IMG/VR virus record: IMGVR_UViG_3300028805_000046
Span: 64,001 to 128,000 of that record
DNA: 64,000 nt
Reading direction: 5' to 3' (one strand)
DNA from: a virus
Lineage: Duplodnaviria > Caudoviricetes
The position numbers were made by a program, and so were the translations under genes. A model generated the notes under the pieces. The model searched no databases. It was not told the origin of the DNA and saw nothing but the letters and a program-made list of their open reading frames with translations. Positions 27,423 through 37,420 of this stretch are shown one piece after another (the stretch's first letter is position 1; each line of letters opens with the position of its first letter).

Positions 27423-30400
27423 ATGGCAAGATATTCATATCCGTCTATCCGAATGACTGAGATTGACAATTCAGTAAGAAATGTCTCTACTCCTACAGTC
27501 GGTGTTGGCGCTATCGTTATGAAGGCCAACCGTGGTCCTGTTAACGAACGCATTACTACTCATAACTATTCAGAATTTAAGGAATATTTCGGTGCACCAG
27601 AAACCGATAGCGATTATGGTCACTTTGCAGCAGAGAACTTCTTTGCTAACTCTCGTAACCTTGTAGCAGTCCGTGCTACTATGGGTGACGAATCCTATGC
27701 ACAGATTCAGTTCCCTTACCAAGATGCAACTGCTGAAGACACTAACCGTTCTAAGGACACTGCATCATTCCAGTTCATCAATAACGAAGACACTAACAAG
27801 CTAGAATTGCTTGAAGATCTTAACCCGGTTGTTCAACTTGACCAGCTTAATGACTGGCAGCAACTCGATGCTCAGGATGGCAAGGTTTACGCTGCTTTTG
27901 CATCTGCTGGTTTGGTAACTGTCAAGGATCTTATTAGCGATACTGCTCCTGGTGTGCTTGTTTATAAGAAAGACCAGACAATCGTTGATGATGAAGGCGA
28001 GTACGTCGAGTTCGTAAAGAACGTTGGCAAGGATGGATCAGTTGTTTCTAAGGAAGACGATCTTATCTTTACTTACAATGCTTGGTATAATGGCGGCGGC
28101 GTTTCATCTGGTGATTTCTCTAAGGGGCAGACAATTTCCTATTACGCTACAAGCGGTGAAGAAACAATACAGGTAAACGGTATTCAAACTAAGTTCGTTG
28201 TTCCGGCTGCTGATACTTTGAACAAGAAGAATCTTGCAGTTTCAATGTACTTGACTGAATCTGCATACAACAGATTGACATCTGCTGCATCTGCTTCCTA
28301 TCAGGACATCTTTGATAAGGATAACTTCTTCAAGAAGGAAGATGCTGATGCTGCTGATTACATGACCCACTTCCCAGCAACAAAGATCAAGGCTAAGGAT
28401 TGGGACGACTGCGAAACCAAGACTCACTACATCGCTACTTCTGCAATGGAAACCACTTCTGGTGATGCAGTTGGTATCTCATTCCGTGAATACGGATTTG
28501 CAGATAAGACTGAAGCACTTGTTATGGGTGATGAAAAGGCAGAATATGCAGTAGAATACGATGCAGCCGACGATTTCTACAAAGTAGAAAAAAATAAGAC
28601 TCTCGCACAGACTATCGCTGAAAGCTATGGTCTCGAAGTTGATGATCTTCTTGCACATGATGATAACGGCAAGATCAAGTACGGTATTCTTTCATACGTT
28701 GATGTTCGTGAAGGCGTAGATCCGGATGATACTGAAGCATCTATTGACGATTACTATACCGGTAAGAGAACATACAAGATCGTATTTGCAGACTTTGACA
28801 AAAATGATCCTAACTACAAGAATGAAAAGCTCTTCTGGTTGTTCTCAGTAAAGAACAAGCATAAGGCTCAGACTGTATCCGTCTATACCATTGGCGGTAT
28901 CCCGCAACCGGCAGTTCTCCCATGGCAGGAAAGCGACCTTGCTCGTCTCGGCGCCCACGCAACCTCTGAAATCCTTAACGCTGTAAGCGGTAAGTATAAG
29001 GACGGTTACACTCGTGCTATCGAGTCTGACAATGAACCTGGCAACGGAGATATTGAGCAGTATAAGTCAAATCACGAAAACCAGCTTGTTATCGCTGCTA
29101 TCGGTCCTGGTAAGTTCGGTAACGACATTGGTGTTTCTATCATCACTGCTGAAGCAGATAAGATTCCTGCTTTGCACCATCCGAACGCTTTCAACTGGAA
29201 GTACAAGTATGATACAGATGATGCTCTTCTCAACGGTAATGAAGACGATCTTACTTGGAAGAAGGTATATCGTATCAACATTTACACCAAGTTGAAGACA
29301 CAGACTGCACAAGCAGCTTGGGGAACCGGTGTTGATGCACTTCTTAAGGATCCTGATGAATTCTGGTTGGTATCTAACGATCCGACTGCTAAGGACGGCA
29401 ATGGTAAGTCTTTGTACGCACCTAACGTCATCAACGGAAACTCAAAGTACATCTACGTTTCACGTAATTCAGTCAATAGCGCAGTAACTGGTTCTGGCAC
29501 ATTTGCTCAGCCTCAGCAAACCTTCGCTATTTACGGATTGACCGGTGGTGAAAACTCTAAGAAGAACACTGCTGCAGAAAAGACTGCTGCATTGAAGCTC
29601 CTTGAAGACCGTCAGAAGGCACCATATAACATTATCTTCAACGTTGAAGCAATTCCTACTTTCAACGGTAGAGAACGTTATGCCGCAATGCAGCAGAGAA
29701 TTGCTCAAATTGCCGGTAACAGAACTATGGACCTTGGTATCGTTCAGACAACTTCCCTTGAAGCACACGACATCAAGACTATGAAGTCTGAAGGTAAGAA
29801 CTTCGCATTCAACAATGGTTCTTACGTCTGGCCTACTGCTAACTATGATAAGTACTACAACTCTGACCTCGCACAGTACATCTACTTGCCGAAGTCTGTT
29901 GCTTGTGCTTGTGCAGTTGCTCGTAACCAGATTCTTGGAACTCCTTGGAAGGCTCCTGCTGGTACTAAGTACGGCGCTATCGCATACTCTGTCAACCAGC
30001 TTGTTAACCTTTCTGACGATGAAATTGGTCAGTTGCTTGACTACAACATCACCACTTCTCGCCTTTGCGGATTGCATGGTGAATGTATCTGGGGTCACAA
30101 GACTGCACTTCGTCAGGAATCAAAGAGAAACCGCGTCAACGTTCGTGAGTGCTTGAACTTCATTGAACTTGCACTCAAGAATTACCTTGACCCATTCTTG
30201 TTCGAGCAGAACATCCCAACTATCCGTGGCTCTATCAAGAACATCATTGATGCATTCTTGAGCCGAGTTGCAGCTGGTGGTGGTATTGACCCGGACTTCA
30301 TAACAAGCGTAGTGGCCGATCCAAATGACGATCATATCGTACTTGTAAATATCGCACTTATTCCGACTGACGTTATTGAGTTCATTGACGTTCGTATCAC

Positions 30401-30443
30401 AATCAACCGTGGTACGTTCACAATTGAGGATAACTTGGCCTAA
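27423..30443 (+). CDS. Tail sheath protein (gp18-like) with large insertion
   Basis: YP.I...EID.S, GPVNE, FGAP, LVAVRA; C-terminal PWKAPAG...G.I, IWGHKT, RVNVR..L, FEQN, IEFI. Confidence 0.92.
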   Translation: MARYSYPSIRMTEIDNSVRNVSTPTVGVGAIVMKANRGPVNERITTHNYSEFKEYFGAPETDSDYGHFAAENFFANSRNLVAVRATMGDESYAQIQFPYQDATAEDTNRSKDTASFQFINNEDTNKLELLEDLNPVVQLDQLNDWQQLDAQDGKVYAAFASAGLVTVKDLISDTAPGVLVYKKDQTIVDDEGEYVEFVKNVGKDGSVVSKEDDLIFTYNAWYNGGGVSSGDFSKGQTISYYATSGEETIQVNGIQTKFVVPAADTLNKKNLAVSMYLTESAYNRLTSAASASYQDIFDKDNFFKKEDADAADYMTHFPATKIKAKDWDDCETKTHYIATSAMETTSGDAVGISFREYGFADKTEALVMGDEKAEYAVEYDAADDFYKVEKNKTLAQTIAESYGLEVDDLLAHDDNGKIKYGILSYVDVREGVDPDDTEASIDDYYTGKRTYKIVFADFDKNDPNYKNEKLFWLFSVKNKHKAQTVSVYTIGGIPQPAVLPWQESDLARLGAHATSEILNAVSGKYKDGYTRAIESDNEPGNGDIEQYKSNHENQLVIAAIGPGKFGNDIGVSIITAEADKIPALHHPNAFNWKYKYDTDDALLNGNEDDLTWKKVYRINIYTKLKTQTAQAAWGTGVDALLKDPDEFWLVSNDPTAKDGNGKSLYAPNVINGNSKYIYVSRNSVNSAVTGSGTFAQPQQTFAIYGLTGGENSKKNTAAEKTAALKLLEDRQKAPYNIIFNVEAIPTFNGRERYAAMQQRIAQIAGNRTMDLGIVQTTSLEAHDIKTMKSEGKNFAFNNGSYVWPTANYDKYYNSDLAQYIYLPKSVACACAVARNQILGTPWKAPAGTKYGAIAYSVNQLVNLSDDEIGQLLDYNITTSRLCGLHGECIWGHKTALRQESKRNRVNVRECLNFIELALKNYLDPFLFEQNIPTIRGSIKNIIDAFLSRVAAGGGIDPDFITSVVADPNDDHIVLVNIALIPTDVIEFIDVRITINRGTFTIEDNLA

Positions 30444-30465
30444 TCGGTTAAGAAAATAAAAATAA

Positions 30466-30493
30466 GGCGTGCCTCTCAAGGGCACGCTTTTTT
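30466..30493 (+). terminator. Rho-independent terminator
   Basis: GCGTGCC...GGCACGC followed by a T-run. Confidence 0.75.
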
Positions 30494-30550
30494 GTTATAT
30501 TTTTTCCGAAATAAATAACATATAAGTTATTAAAGTATTGAGGTGATTTA

Positions 30551-31810
30551 ATGAGTGATAAGAAAATCCGTTGGGTATCGTTTCAGTCTTTGATAGGTGG
30601 CTGTCCGTTAGGAGCTGAGAAAGCATTTGGATCTGCGCCGCTATTTACGATTGACTACGAAGGCCCAGATAAAGGAAACTCTTCTGCGTATCTTTACTAT
30701 CAGAATGAAATTAAGCATAAGAACATCAGACAGCTAGTGCTTAATGGCAACCTGCTTTCAATGGCTACTGACTTCAAGTCTGAGGAAGACGAAAAGTTCT
30801 TCCAGGAAAATTGCCACGACATTGACGTAGTATCTGCTGTTCCTATCTGTTCTGGCCTTTCTGCTGCTAATACAGTAAATGACAAGACCAAGGGTACTCA
30901 GCGTGGAGCTGCTGCTCAACAGAACAACAATATGTACGGTGTCGCAAAAATGACCTTTGAACGCATCAAGCCGAAGGTATTCATTTTCGAGAACGCTCCT
31001 GCCCTTTTCACTAACACAGGTAAGGCGGTTCGTGATAAGCTCCGCGACATGGGCAAGGAACATGGCTACGTTGTTACTTGGGTAAAGACAAATACCAATA
31101 AGCATGCAAACGTTCAGTATCGTTCAAGAACCTTTGGTATCTTCTGGCGTGCTGATGTGACTCCGCAGCTTGAGTATGTAGACAAGCCACATGGCTCAAT
31201 TAAAGAGTATCTTGCTGACATCTCTAAGGACGCACCGTACAACACTGATGAATGGATCATCAACCCGAATATCCTGAATAACGGCTGGTACAAGTACCTC
31301 AAGGCCAAGTATCCAAATAACTGGAGGGAATATCTAGCCACAAGCAAAAGAGGATTCTGGGAGAACTTCTGGGATAAACTCGACTTTACTGAAATTAAGC
31401 CGTACTGCAATGAAAAGGAATGGAAGTTCTGCGAACACGTGAAAGACAAGCTCTCCCGCAGAATGGGATTCTATGACAACGTCACTCCGCTTTACATGGG
31501 CGACTATCGTGTCCCAACAATCTTCCACCGCACTCTTGCTCGACTTGTCCACTATGAAAAAGACAGAGGCTACACGCTTCGTGAGTTCATGAAGTTTATG
31601 GGCATGCCTGATGACTTCGAGTGGCCTTCAGCAAAGAAGAATTGGGTATGGATCTCGCAAAACGTACCTGTCATGACTTCTTACGACTGGCATCTTCAAA
31701 TTAAGAAGTACCTTGAAGGTGGTTTGAAGAACACTACTGAAAAGGAAACCTACTTCAACAATGAGAAAGGCCCTGAAGAGAAGTCAATGCTTGAGGAAAT
31801 GCTTTCGTAA
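30551..31810 (+). CDS. DNA cytosine-C5 methyltransferase-like protein (atypical), paralogue of 5140..6507
   Basis: PICSGLS, FENAPALF, QYRSRTF, YTLRE, SQNVP. Confidence 0.75.
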   Translation: MSDKKIRWVSFQSLIGGCPLGAEKAFGSAPLFTIDYEGPDKGNSSAYLYYQNEIKHKNIRQLVLNGNLLSMATDFKSEEDEKFFQENCHDIDVVSAVPICSGLSAANTVNDKTKGTQRGAAAQQNNNMYGVAKMTFERIKPKVFIFENAPALFTNTGKAVRDKLRDMGKEHGYVVTWVKTNTNKHANVQYRSRTFGIFWRADVTPQLEYVDKPHGSIKEYLADISKDAPYNTDEWIINPNILNNGWYKYLKAKYPNNWREYLATSKRGFWENFWDKLDFTEIKPYCNEKEWKFCEHVKDKLSRRMGFYDNVTPLYMGDYRVPTIFHRTLARLVHYEKDRGYTLREFMKFMGMPDDFEWPSAKKNWVWISQNVPVMTSYDWHLQIKKYLEGGLKNTTEKETYFNNEKGPEEKSMLEEMLS

Positions 31811-31831
31811 ACATAATGTACCTATTATAAC

Positions 31832-31859
31832 AAGCGCTCTCAATAGAGGGCGCTTTTTT
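31832..31859 (+). terminator. Rho-independent terminator
   Basis: AAGCGCTCTC-AATA-GAGGGCGCTT followed by a T-run. Confidence 0.8.
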
Positions 31860-31881
31860 AGACTTTATTTTTTCAAAACAG

Positions 31882-31910
31882 TTGACGAAAAACGAAAACT
31901 TTGTTATATT
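31882..31910 (+). promoter_or_regulatory. Sigma70-like early promoter
   Basis: TTGACG-N17-TATATT. Confidence 0.7.
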
Positions 31911-31931
31911 TTATCAAAAAGGAGTAAAATC

Positions 31932-32135
31932 ATGCTTAAAGATGAAATTTTCAAACAGAAACTTGAAGACGCCGGCGATGACAAGGATAAGATCATTGAG
32001 GCATATAAGTGGTACCTTGAACAGTGGAGAGATCGTTCAAGAATGATGGAAAGTATGCTTAATGACACTGAACGCCGCTTTGATATGGACGACTATCTTG
32101 CGGAAGAAGGCTGGCGCGAACCTGATGAGGAGTAA
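31932..32135 (+). CDS. Small acidic early protein
   Basis: AAGGAG RBS before ATG 31932. Confidence 0.7.
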   Translation: MLKDEIFKQKLEDAGDDKDKIIEAYKWYLEQWRDRSRMMESMLNDTERRFDMDDYLAEEGWREPDEE

Positions 32136-32140
32136 GACTA

Positions 32141-32365
32141 ATGGGCATTGAACAAGCAATAGACTTTTGTGAGCATCTCGCTAAGACAAAGAAGTATGAA
32201 GGCGATGGAACTGAATTTGTTCAGTTAGCAGAATTGCTTCGCTTTCTAGCAGATGACCAGGATAACATTGCTCGCAATGAATACATCGTTGACCACATGA
32301 GCCGTGAAGATTACCTGGCTCTTAGTGAAGAATATGATGAACTTGAAGAAGATGAGGCCGACTAA
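32141..32365 (+). CDS. Small acidic protein, paralogue of 33323..33574
   Basis: QAI.FCE.LAK...E.I.D.MS...Y..L..EY shared. Confidence 0.7.
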   Translation: MGIEQAIDFCEHLAKTKKYEGDGTEFVQLAELLRFLADDQDNIARNEYIVDHMSREDYLALSEEYDELEEDEAD

Positions 32366-32523
32366 TGGCTAAGTATACGATTGACTATTCAGATAGCGTA
32401 GAAGTTGATGCAGATTCTGAAGATGAAGCAATTTCAAAGGCATGGGACAGAATGTTCTGCGACGGCCCTAAAGATTATTGCTTTTCTTGCACTGATGTAG
32501 AAGAAGAGGAAGAAGATGCCTAA
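32365..32523 (+). CDS. Tiny acidic DpnD/PcfM-like protein (52 aa, not in ORF track)
   Basis: MAKYTIDYSDSVEVDADSEDEAISKAW; TAATG coupling. Confidence 0.6.
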   Translation: MAKYTIDYSDSVEVDADSEDEAISKAWDRMFCDGPKDYCFSCTDVEEEEEDA

Positions 32524-32680
32524 GTACGAAGTCTATGGCTACACAAAAACCAAATGGCGAACGGTAGTTGAAGCGGAAGATTCAGATGCAGCAGAAGAAA
32601 TTGCCCGAGATAACTGGGAAAGCGCCACCTGGCTTGATGGCGACATTGAAGTCGTTGATGTTGAAGAACTAAAGGAGTAA
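32516..32680 (+). CDS. Tiny acidic DpnD/PcfM-like protein (54 aa, not in ORF track)
   Basis: MPKYEVYG...VVEAEDSDAAEEIA; GAGGA RBS. Confidence 0.6.
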   Translation: MPKYEVYGYTKTKWRTVVEAEDSDAAEEIARDNWESATWLDGDIEVVDVEELKE

Positions 32681-32686
32681 AAACTT

Positions 32687-33172
32687 ATGAACATTAAAGA
32701 CAAGTTCACAATTAAAGACAACAAAAAGAAGAAGTATAAACCTCACTATATCATTCGTTACAGTATGGACGCTAACGATGGTGACTACATTAAAGATGAA
32801 AGCACATGGGATAAAGATGAATGGGATAAAATGCCTGATTTCTTCTTCTTGATGCTTGCCTACCTTGCTAAAGGCTATTCTGGTAAGTTCTCGCATGGTG
32901 AATCTTGGGGTAACTACTACGGTCATCATTGGGCTAGCAACAAGCACGGCCTTTATGATGAGATCTGCGCTTTCCAAGAATACTACGGCATCGTCTGTTC
33001 TAGCGAATGGGATACATGTCATTCATACTCTAACTTTGAAATCGAGTACTACGATGAAGAAAACAGAAAGCATGAAGTAGCTATTCCGAACATTGACAAT
33101 CTTTTTAAGACTGAAGAAGAAATGATAAACGCAATCAGAGACGCTTATCAGAAAGTATATGAGGAAGGATAA
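32687..33172 (+). CDS. Hypothetical protein
   Basis: AAGGAG RBS. Confidence 0.7.
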   Translation: MNIKDKFTIKDNKKKKYKPHYIIRYSMDANDGDYIKDESTWDKDEWDKMPDFFFLMLAYLAKGYSGKFSHGESWGNYYGHHWASNKHGLYDEICAFQEYYGIVCSSEWDTCHSYSNFEIEYYDEENRKHEVAIPNIDNLFKTEEEMINAIRDAYQKVYEEG

Positions 33173-33321
33173 TGGCAGTATATAAAGTAAAACTTATTCA
33201 AGAAATGAAAATTCATTCTGACTCGGAAGATCATGCTTATGAGCTAGCGATGGAACGAGTTTATGAAGACGGTTTTGAACCAACTGATTCAGAAGTAACT
33301 AAAATAGAAGACAAGGATTAA
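33172..33321 (+). CDS. Tiny acidic DpnD/PcfM-like protein (49 aa, not in ORF track)
   Basis: MAVYKVKLIQEMKIHSDSEDHAYELA; TAATG coupling. Confidence 0.55.
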   Translation: MAVYKVKLIQEMKIHSDSEDHAYELAMERVYEDGFEPTDSEVTKIEDKD

Positions 33322-33322
33322 G

Positions 33323-33574
33323 ATGACTGACGTAAACCAAGCTATTAAATTTTGCGAAAGACTCGCAAAAGATCCTGAGTTCAATAAGCAGTTCACAAAT
33401 GATGGCGAATTTAATATGCAAGACATCGTTAACATGCTTAATGACTATAACTATATGAAAGACGACTATGGCAAGTATGAATTCATTTGTGACAGAATGT
33501 CCAGTGATGAATACTATGAACTTGAAAGTGAGTATGAAGCAGAATGTGGCGAAGACGAAGATGAACAGGAGTAA
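33323..33574 (+). CDS. Small acidic protein, paralogue of 32141..32365
   Basis: Shares the motifs listed for 32141..32365. Confidence 0.7.
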   Translation: MTDVNQAIKFCERLAKDPEFNKQFTNDGEFNMQDIVNMLNDYNYMKDDYGKYEFICDRMSSDEYYELESEYEAECGEDEDEQE

Positions 33575-33576
33575 GA

Positions 33577-33858
33577 ATGTTTAAGATAATTTTCGTTCTT
33601 ATCATAAACGCCCATCATGGTGGCTTGGCGACATTAGATTTCACTACTCGTCAGCAATGTGAAGCAGCAAAAGAAAAGGTTGTTGTAATGAAAGGATCTG
33701 CTATTGGCGCTATTTGCATTGAAAAGCAGATTCCTTTGAAAAAGACAAAATGCAAAGTCATTAATGACTACAGCTATCAGAATTCATATAGTCGTGTAAA
33801 TGCTGGAAATATGAATGGCTACCCATATCCGGTAGCGCTTGAATGCATTGAGGAGTAG
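33577..33858 (+). CDS. Small protein with hydrophobic N-terminus and Cys pairs
   Basis: F.T...CEAAK...AICI motif seen in small phage proteins. Confidence 0.6.
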   Translation: MFKIIFVLIINAHHGGLATLDFTTRQQCEAAKEKVVVMKGSAIGAICIEKQIPLKKTKCKVINDYSYQNSYSRVNAGNMNGYPYPVALECIEE

Positions 33859-33860
33859 AT

Positions 33861-34130
33861 ATGATTAAAGCAAGTGAACTTAGAGAAAAGTACTTCAATG
33901 AAGAAAATTTCAATGTTCTATTTGAGCAATTAAAAGCATTATGCGAAAATAGTATCATTTCTGCTGCAGAAAAAGGTGAAGAGAGCACAACAGTAAACAT
34001 ACCATTAATGTGTAAAAAGAGAATTGCTGAATGGTTGGAAGATAATGAATACACAGTTCTTGGTGTTAATGGCTCATTAGATGAAATTCAAATATTTTGG
34101 TCTAAAGACTTAGTTGAACAAATGATTTAA
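33861..34130 (+). CDS. Hypothetical protein
   Basis: GAGGAG RBS. Confidence 0.65.
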   Translation: MIKASELREKYFNEENFNVLFEQLKALCENSIISAAEKGEESTTVNIPLMCKKRIAEWLEDNEYTVLGVNGSLDEIQIFWSKDLVEQMI

Positions 34131-34142
34131 GGAGAAACAACT

Positions 34143-34733
34143 ATGGACGCAAAACTTAAAAAGATGATTGATGACTTCTTTAAGAAGCATGAAGGCAACG
34201 CCATCTGCCTAGAAATGTTTGGCAACATTGACTACGGTGACAGAGCAAGGCAATGCCATTGGGAAGAACGCATTGAAGAATTCTCCCATGCGATGTCACT
34301 TGAACAGACATACGGTGAAAAGGGACTTCCCAAGAAACTTATCTTCGCTAATCTTGGTGTTGATAACGATGACATTACAAGTGAAAATGTTTATGAAGTC
34401 GGCTACATCGCTGATGCTGTCGCTGACATTCTTCCATGGGATGTTCATGACTTTGATGGCGATGTAAATCAGTACTGGTTTGGCTTGGTCATTGTCACTT
34501 CCGACTATAAGGTACTTCGTGTCACCTCAGCCGGCGATGACTGTATCTACCGCTCTACTATCGGCGACTTGACCAAATTCGGTTCAGCAGATGAAGAACT
34601 TGAAAAGAGAAACATCAAGAGCATTCAATCATCTATCGGAAACATCAAGAGCAAGTTCAAAGAATTGACTACCGACGAAGGCAAGGCAAAAGTTAAAGAA
34701 CTTATCAAAAAGCTCTCAGAGGCTATAAAGTAA
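34143..34733 (+). CDS. Hypothetical protein
   Basis: AAGGAG RBS. Confidence 0.7.
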   Translation: MDAKLKKMIDDFFKKHEGNAICLEMFGNIDYGDRARQCHWEERIEEFSHAMSLEQTYGEKGLPKKLIFANLGVDNDDITSENVYEVGYIADAVADILPWDVHDFDGDVNQYWFGLVIVTSDYKVLRVTSAGDDCIYRSTIGDLTKFGSADEELEKRNIKSIQSSIGNIKSKFKELTTDEGKAKVKELIKKLSEAIK

Positions 34734-36493
34734 TGGCAGACAGAAACACACTTATTCAGCAGGCGACTGATTGGGCCAAGAAACACCTTGACCCAAACTT
34801 TGAATTTAGAAAGTATCAGATCGAGTCAATCGTGATGATAATTGAGCGTGTTCTTGACAATGTTAAGACTCAGGTCATGAATGCGCCTACTGGTTCTGGC
34901 AAGTCGCTTACTGCAATCATTTCAGCAGGCACGCTATGGGAGTACTACAAGAAAACGACTTACATTCTTGTATCTGACCTTAGTTTGTTTGAACAGTATG
35001 AAAATGACCTTAAGCGCTATAACTTGAACTGGGGTCACTTGAAAGGCAAGGACAACTACGTTTGCCAACGAAACGGCAATATTGTGTCCTGTGGTGAATG
35101 CGCTTTGAATATGGTCAGTACGAAGACTTTAGAAGATCCTGAAAAGGCTGAAAAGTCAGGATATTCTTGCGCTAAGGAATGTGAATATGTCAAGATGCGA
35201 AATCTTGCAATGAAGTCGCCTGTAACTGTGATGACGTACCAGCTTTACTTAATTCAACGCAACTACGTCAATGATATGATGGGCGGTGAAGGATCTACTC
35301 CATTTCCAGAGCGTGATTTTGTCATTTGTGACGAAGCGCATAAGCTAAATGACATTATTCAGTCTCACTACGCACCAAGAATTCCGTTTGCGGTGCCTGA
35401 GTACATGAAGACACTGAATGCTTATGCCAAAAAGCACCGTATGAAAGTGCCGGAATCAGACAGAGTCACAATGTATGCAAATAAGTTGAATAAAGCTGAG
35501 TCGCATACTGAAATTCTGTCTTACATGCAGAAATTCTCAAGCCTTCTTTCCGAATACATGGACATCAATGAAGCAGTCCGTGCTGAGGCTCAGAAAACCC
35601 GTCAGTTTAGAAAGCTTAGAAGTGAACTTGCTGCGGGCAACATGGCTCGTGAATGCAACTGCAAGTTTGGCGACTTTATCACGCTTGCACAAGAACTTGG
35701 CCCTCAGATCGCCGTAAAGACTCCAGGTGAAGACGAGATTGTCATCAACTGTACTTACGAAGGCGATATGATTCAGAAGTACTTCCATAATGTCAGCAAG
35801 TGTGAACTGTTCATGTCAGCGACTTTGGGCAACTTGAAGCTCTATAAGGAGTTCATTGGCCTTAAAGATGCTCCTGCTGGACAGTATAAAGGACTTGATG
35901 TTCCAAGCACGTTTGACTACAGTAAGTCGCCTATCTATTTCAGCGAAAAGAACCCGATGTCTTACAAAGAAAAGGCAAAGTCCATTGGTCCTATCTGTAG
36001 ACAAATTACTGAAATAGCCAAGATATTCGCAAATCAGCGTGGAATCATTCAGACAGGCAACTACGAGAATACATCTAAGCTGCTCGACTATGCTCCGCCT
36101 GAATTGAAGTCTCGTCTGATTAAGTACTCTAACGCTCGTGAAAAGATGTACGCTATCACGCAGTTCCAGAAGAGCACTAACGGCATTCTTGTTGGACCTA
36201 CTTTGCTTGAAGGCTTGAACTTTGACGGCGATAAGTGCAGATTCTCTATCTGCATGAAACTTCCTTATCCTAACTTGTCTAACAATCTTGTCGCTGCAAA
36301 GAAAGACCTTATTCCTAACTGGTACGCATCAGCATGTATTGCCTCACTTGAGCAAGGCTTTGGTAGAGGCGTTCGTTTTGATGGCGACTGGTGTGTGAAC
36401 TACATTCTTGACGGCTGCATCGCTAACTTGATTAGATTCAATGGCGACCTGTTCTCAAGAAACACTCAAAACCGTCTAAAAGCACTCGGATAG
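34733..36493 (+). CDS. DinG/YoaA-like SF2 helicase (Fe-S type)
   Basis: Q motif FRKYQ, APTGSGKS, KGKDNYVC plus Cys cluster, DEAH, MSATL, EGLNF, KLPYP, QGFGRGVR. Confidence 0.9.
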   Translation: MADRNTLIQQATDWAKKHLDPNFEFRKYQIESIVMIIERVLDNVKTQVMNAPTGSGKSLTAIISAGTLWEYYKKTTYILVSDLSLFEQYENDLKRYNLNWGHLKGKDNYVCQRNGNIVSCGECALNMVSTKTLEDPEKAEKSGYSCAKECEYVKMRNLAMKSPVTVMTYQLYLIQRNYVNDMMGGEGSTPFPERDFVICDEAHKLNDIIQSHYAPRIPFAVPEYMKTLNAYAKKHRMKVPESDRVTMYANKLNKAESHTEILSYMQKFSSLLSEYMDINEAVRAEAQKTRQFRKLRSELAAGNMARECNCKFGDFITLAQELGPQIAVKTPGEDEIVINCTYEGDMIQKYFHNVSKCELFMSATLGNLKLYKEFIGLKDAPAGQYKGLDVPSTFDYSKSPIYFSEKNPMSYKEKAKSIGPICRQITEIAKIFANQRGIIQTGNYENTSKLLDYAPPELKSRLIKYSNAREKMYAITQFQKSTNGILVGPTLLEGLNFDGDKCRFSICMKLPYPNLSNNLVAAKKDLIPNWYASACIASLEQGFGRGVRFDGDWCVNYILDGCIANLIRFNGDLFSRNTQNRLKALG

Positions 36494-36497
36494 TTCT

Positions 36498-36558
36498 TGC
36501 CATCTGCCTCTATTTCTATTCTTGAATAAATAGAATAATAGAGGCATGAAAAATGGCA
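36498..36558 (+). promoter_or_regulatory. RBS-sequestering hairpin with late promoter at its apex
   Basis: TGCCTCTATT (36505) pairs AATAGAGGCA (36537); TGCCAT pairs ATGGCA at the start codon; AATAAATA 36525-36532. Confidence 0.75.
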
Positions 36559-37413
36559 GAATTGAATTTTAAAGATCCGCAAGTTGAAGGAAATAAAGTC
36601 CAAAAGCAGCCAGACCCAAAACCTGGGAACTTCTGCGCTGCTAGAGACGGTTTTCTTAGAGCTACATCTATCCAGAATGTATCTCAACTCATAGATTATG
36701 TAAAAAGAAAATTGGGCGCCCCACGCATTTGCGTTGAAATTGATGATGAGACCATTCTTTACACTATTAAAGACATCGTTGATTGGTTCCATAAGTACTA
36801 TCTTCAATACGGCTCCTATAAAGATTATCTTGTAATGGACCTTGTGCCAGGAACTACTCACTACAAGCTCTGCCAGGAGCTTGTTTCAGTAGTTGACTTC
36901 AAGACATCAAACTGGTTCGGCAGCATTAACGAACTCTTTACGGTTCCGCATGCTTTGCTTTATGACCAAGTGATGAATATGAATACTTGGCACGGTAACT
37001 GCTATGGCAACACTGCTGCTTATGGCGATGTTCTTGGCAGCTGGACAGCGACCCTTACATGGTTGGCGGAAGCAGACCAGATGTTTGGCGAAAAGTACCA
37101 AGTCAGTTACAATCCGCTTGAACAAGAACTTGAAGTACTGCCTGTTCCACAAAGACATGTGAAAGGCATTATGCAAGTCTATAAGAAGCAAAGAACCGAA
37201 AAGCTCTTTAACGATCCACTCTTCCGTAAGATGCTAGTCGCTGAATGCGGTAAGATCTGGACTAACTCGTTAAGAAAGTATAACCTGCAGATTGCCGGTG
37301 GTGGTTCTCTTAACGCTGACTCACTTTACTCCAGCTATGAAAAGGATTATGACTGGTGTGTTGAGCGTGTTGATAACGAATCACCGAACGGACACGTATT
37401 TGCTATAGCTTAA
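36553..37413 (+). CDS. Neck protein (T4 gp13-like)
   Basis: LIDYVKRKLGAP.I.VEI, W...L.KY..Q..GG.SLN. Confidence 0.85.
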   Translation: MAELNFKDPQVEGNKVQKQPDPKPGNFCAARDGFLRATSIQNVSQLIDYVKRKLGAPRICVEIDDETILYTIKDIVDWFHKYYLQYGSYKDYLVMDLVPGTTHYKLCQELVSVVDFKTSNWFGSINELFTVPHALLYDQVMNMNTWHGNCYGNTAAYGDVLGSWTATLTWLAEADQMFGEKYQVSYNPLEQELEVLPVPQRHVKGIMQVYKKQRTEKLFNDPLFRKMLVAECGKIWTNSLRKYNLQIAGGGSLNADSLYSSYEKDYDWCVERVDNESPNGHVFAIA

Positions 37414-37420
37414 TTAACTT

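Noticed and set aside
31761-31931. Extended starts for ORFs such as 31761, 15283, 22052 and 58078
   Set aside because: The extensions cross terminators, promoters or upstream genes; downstream ATGs fit better.
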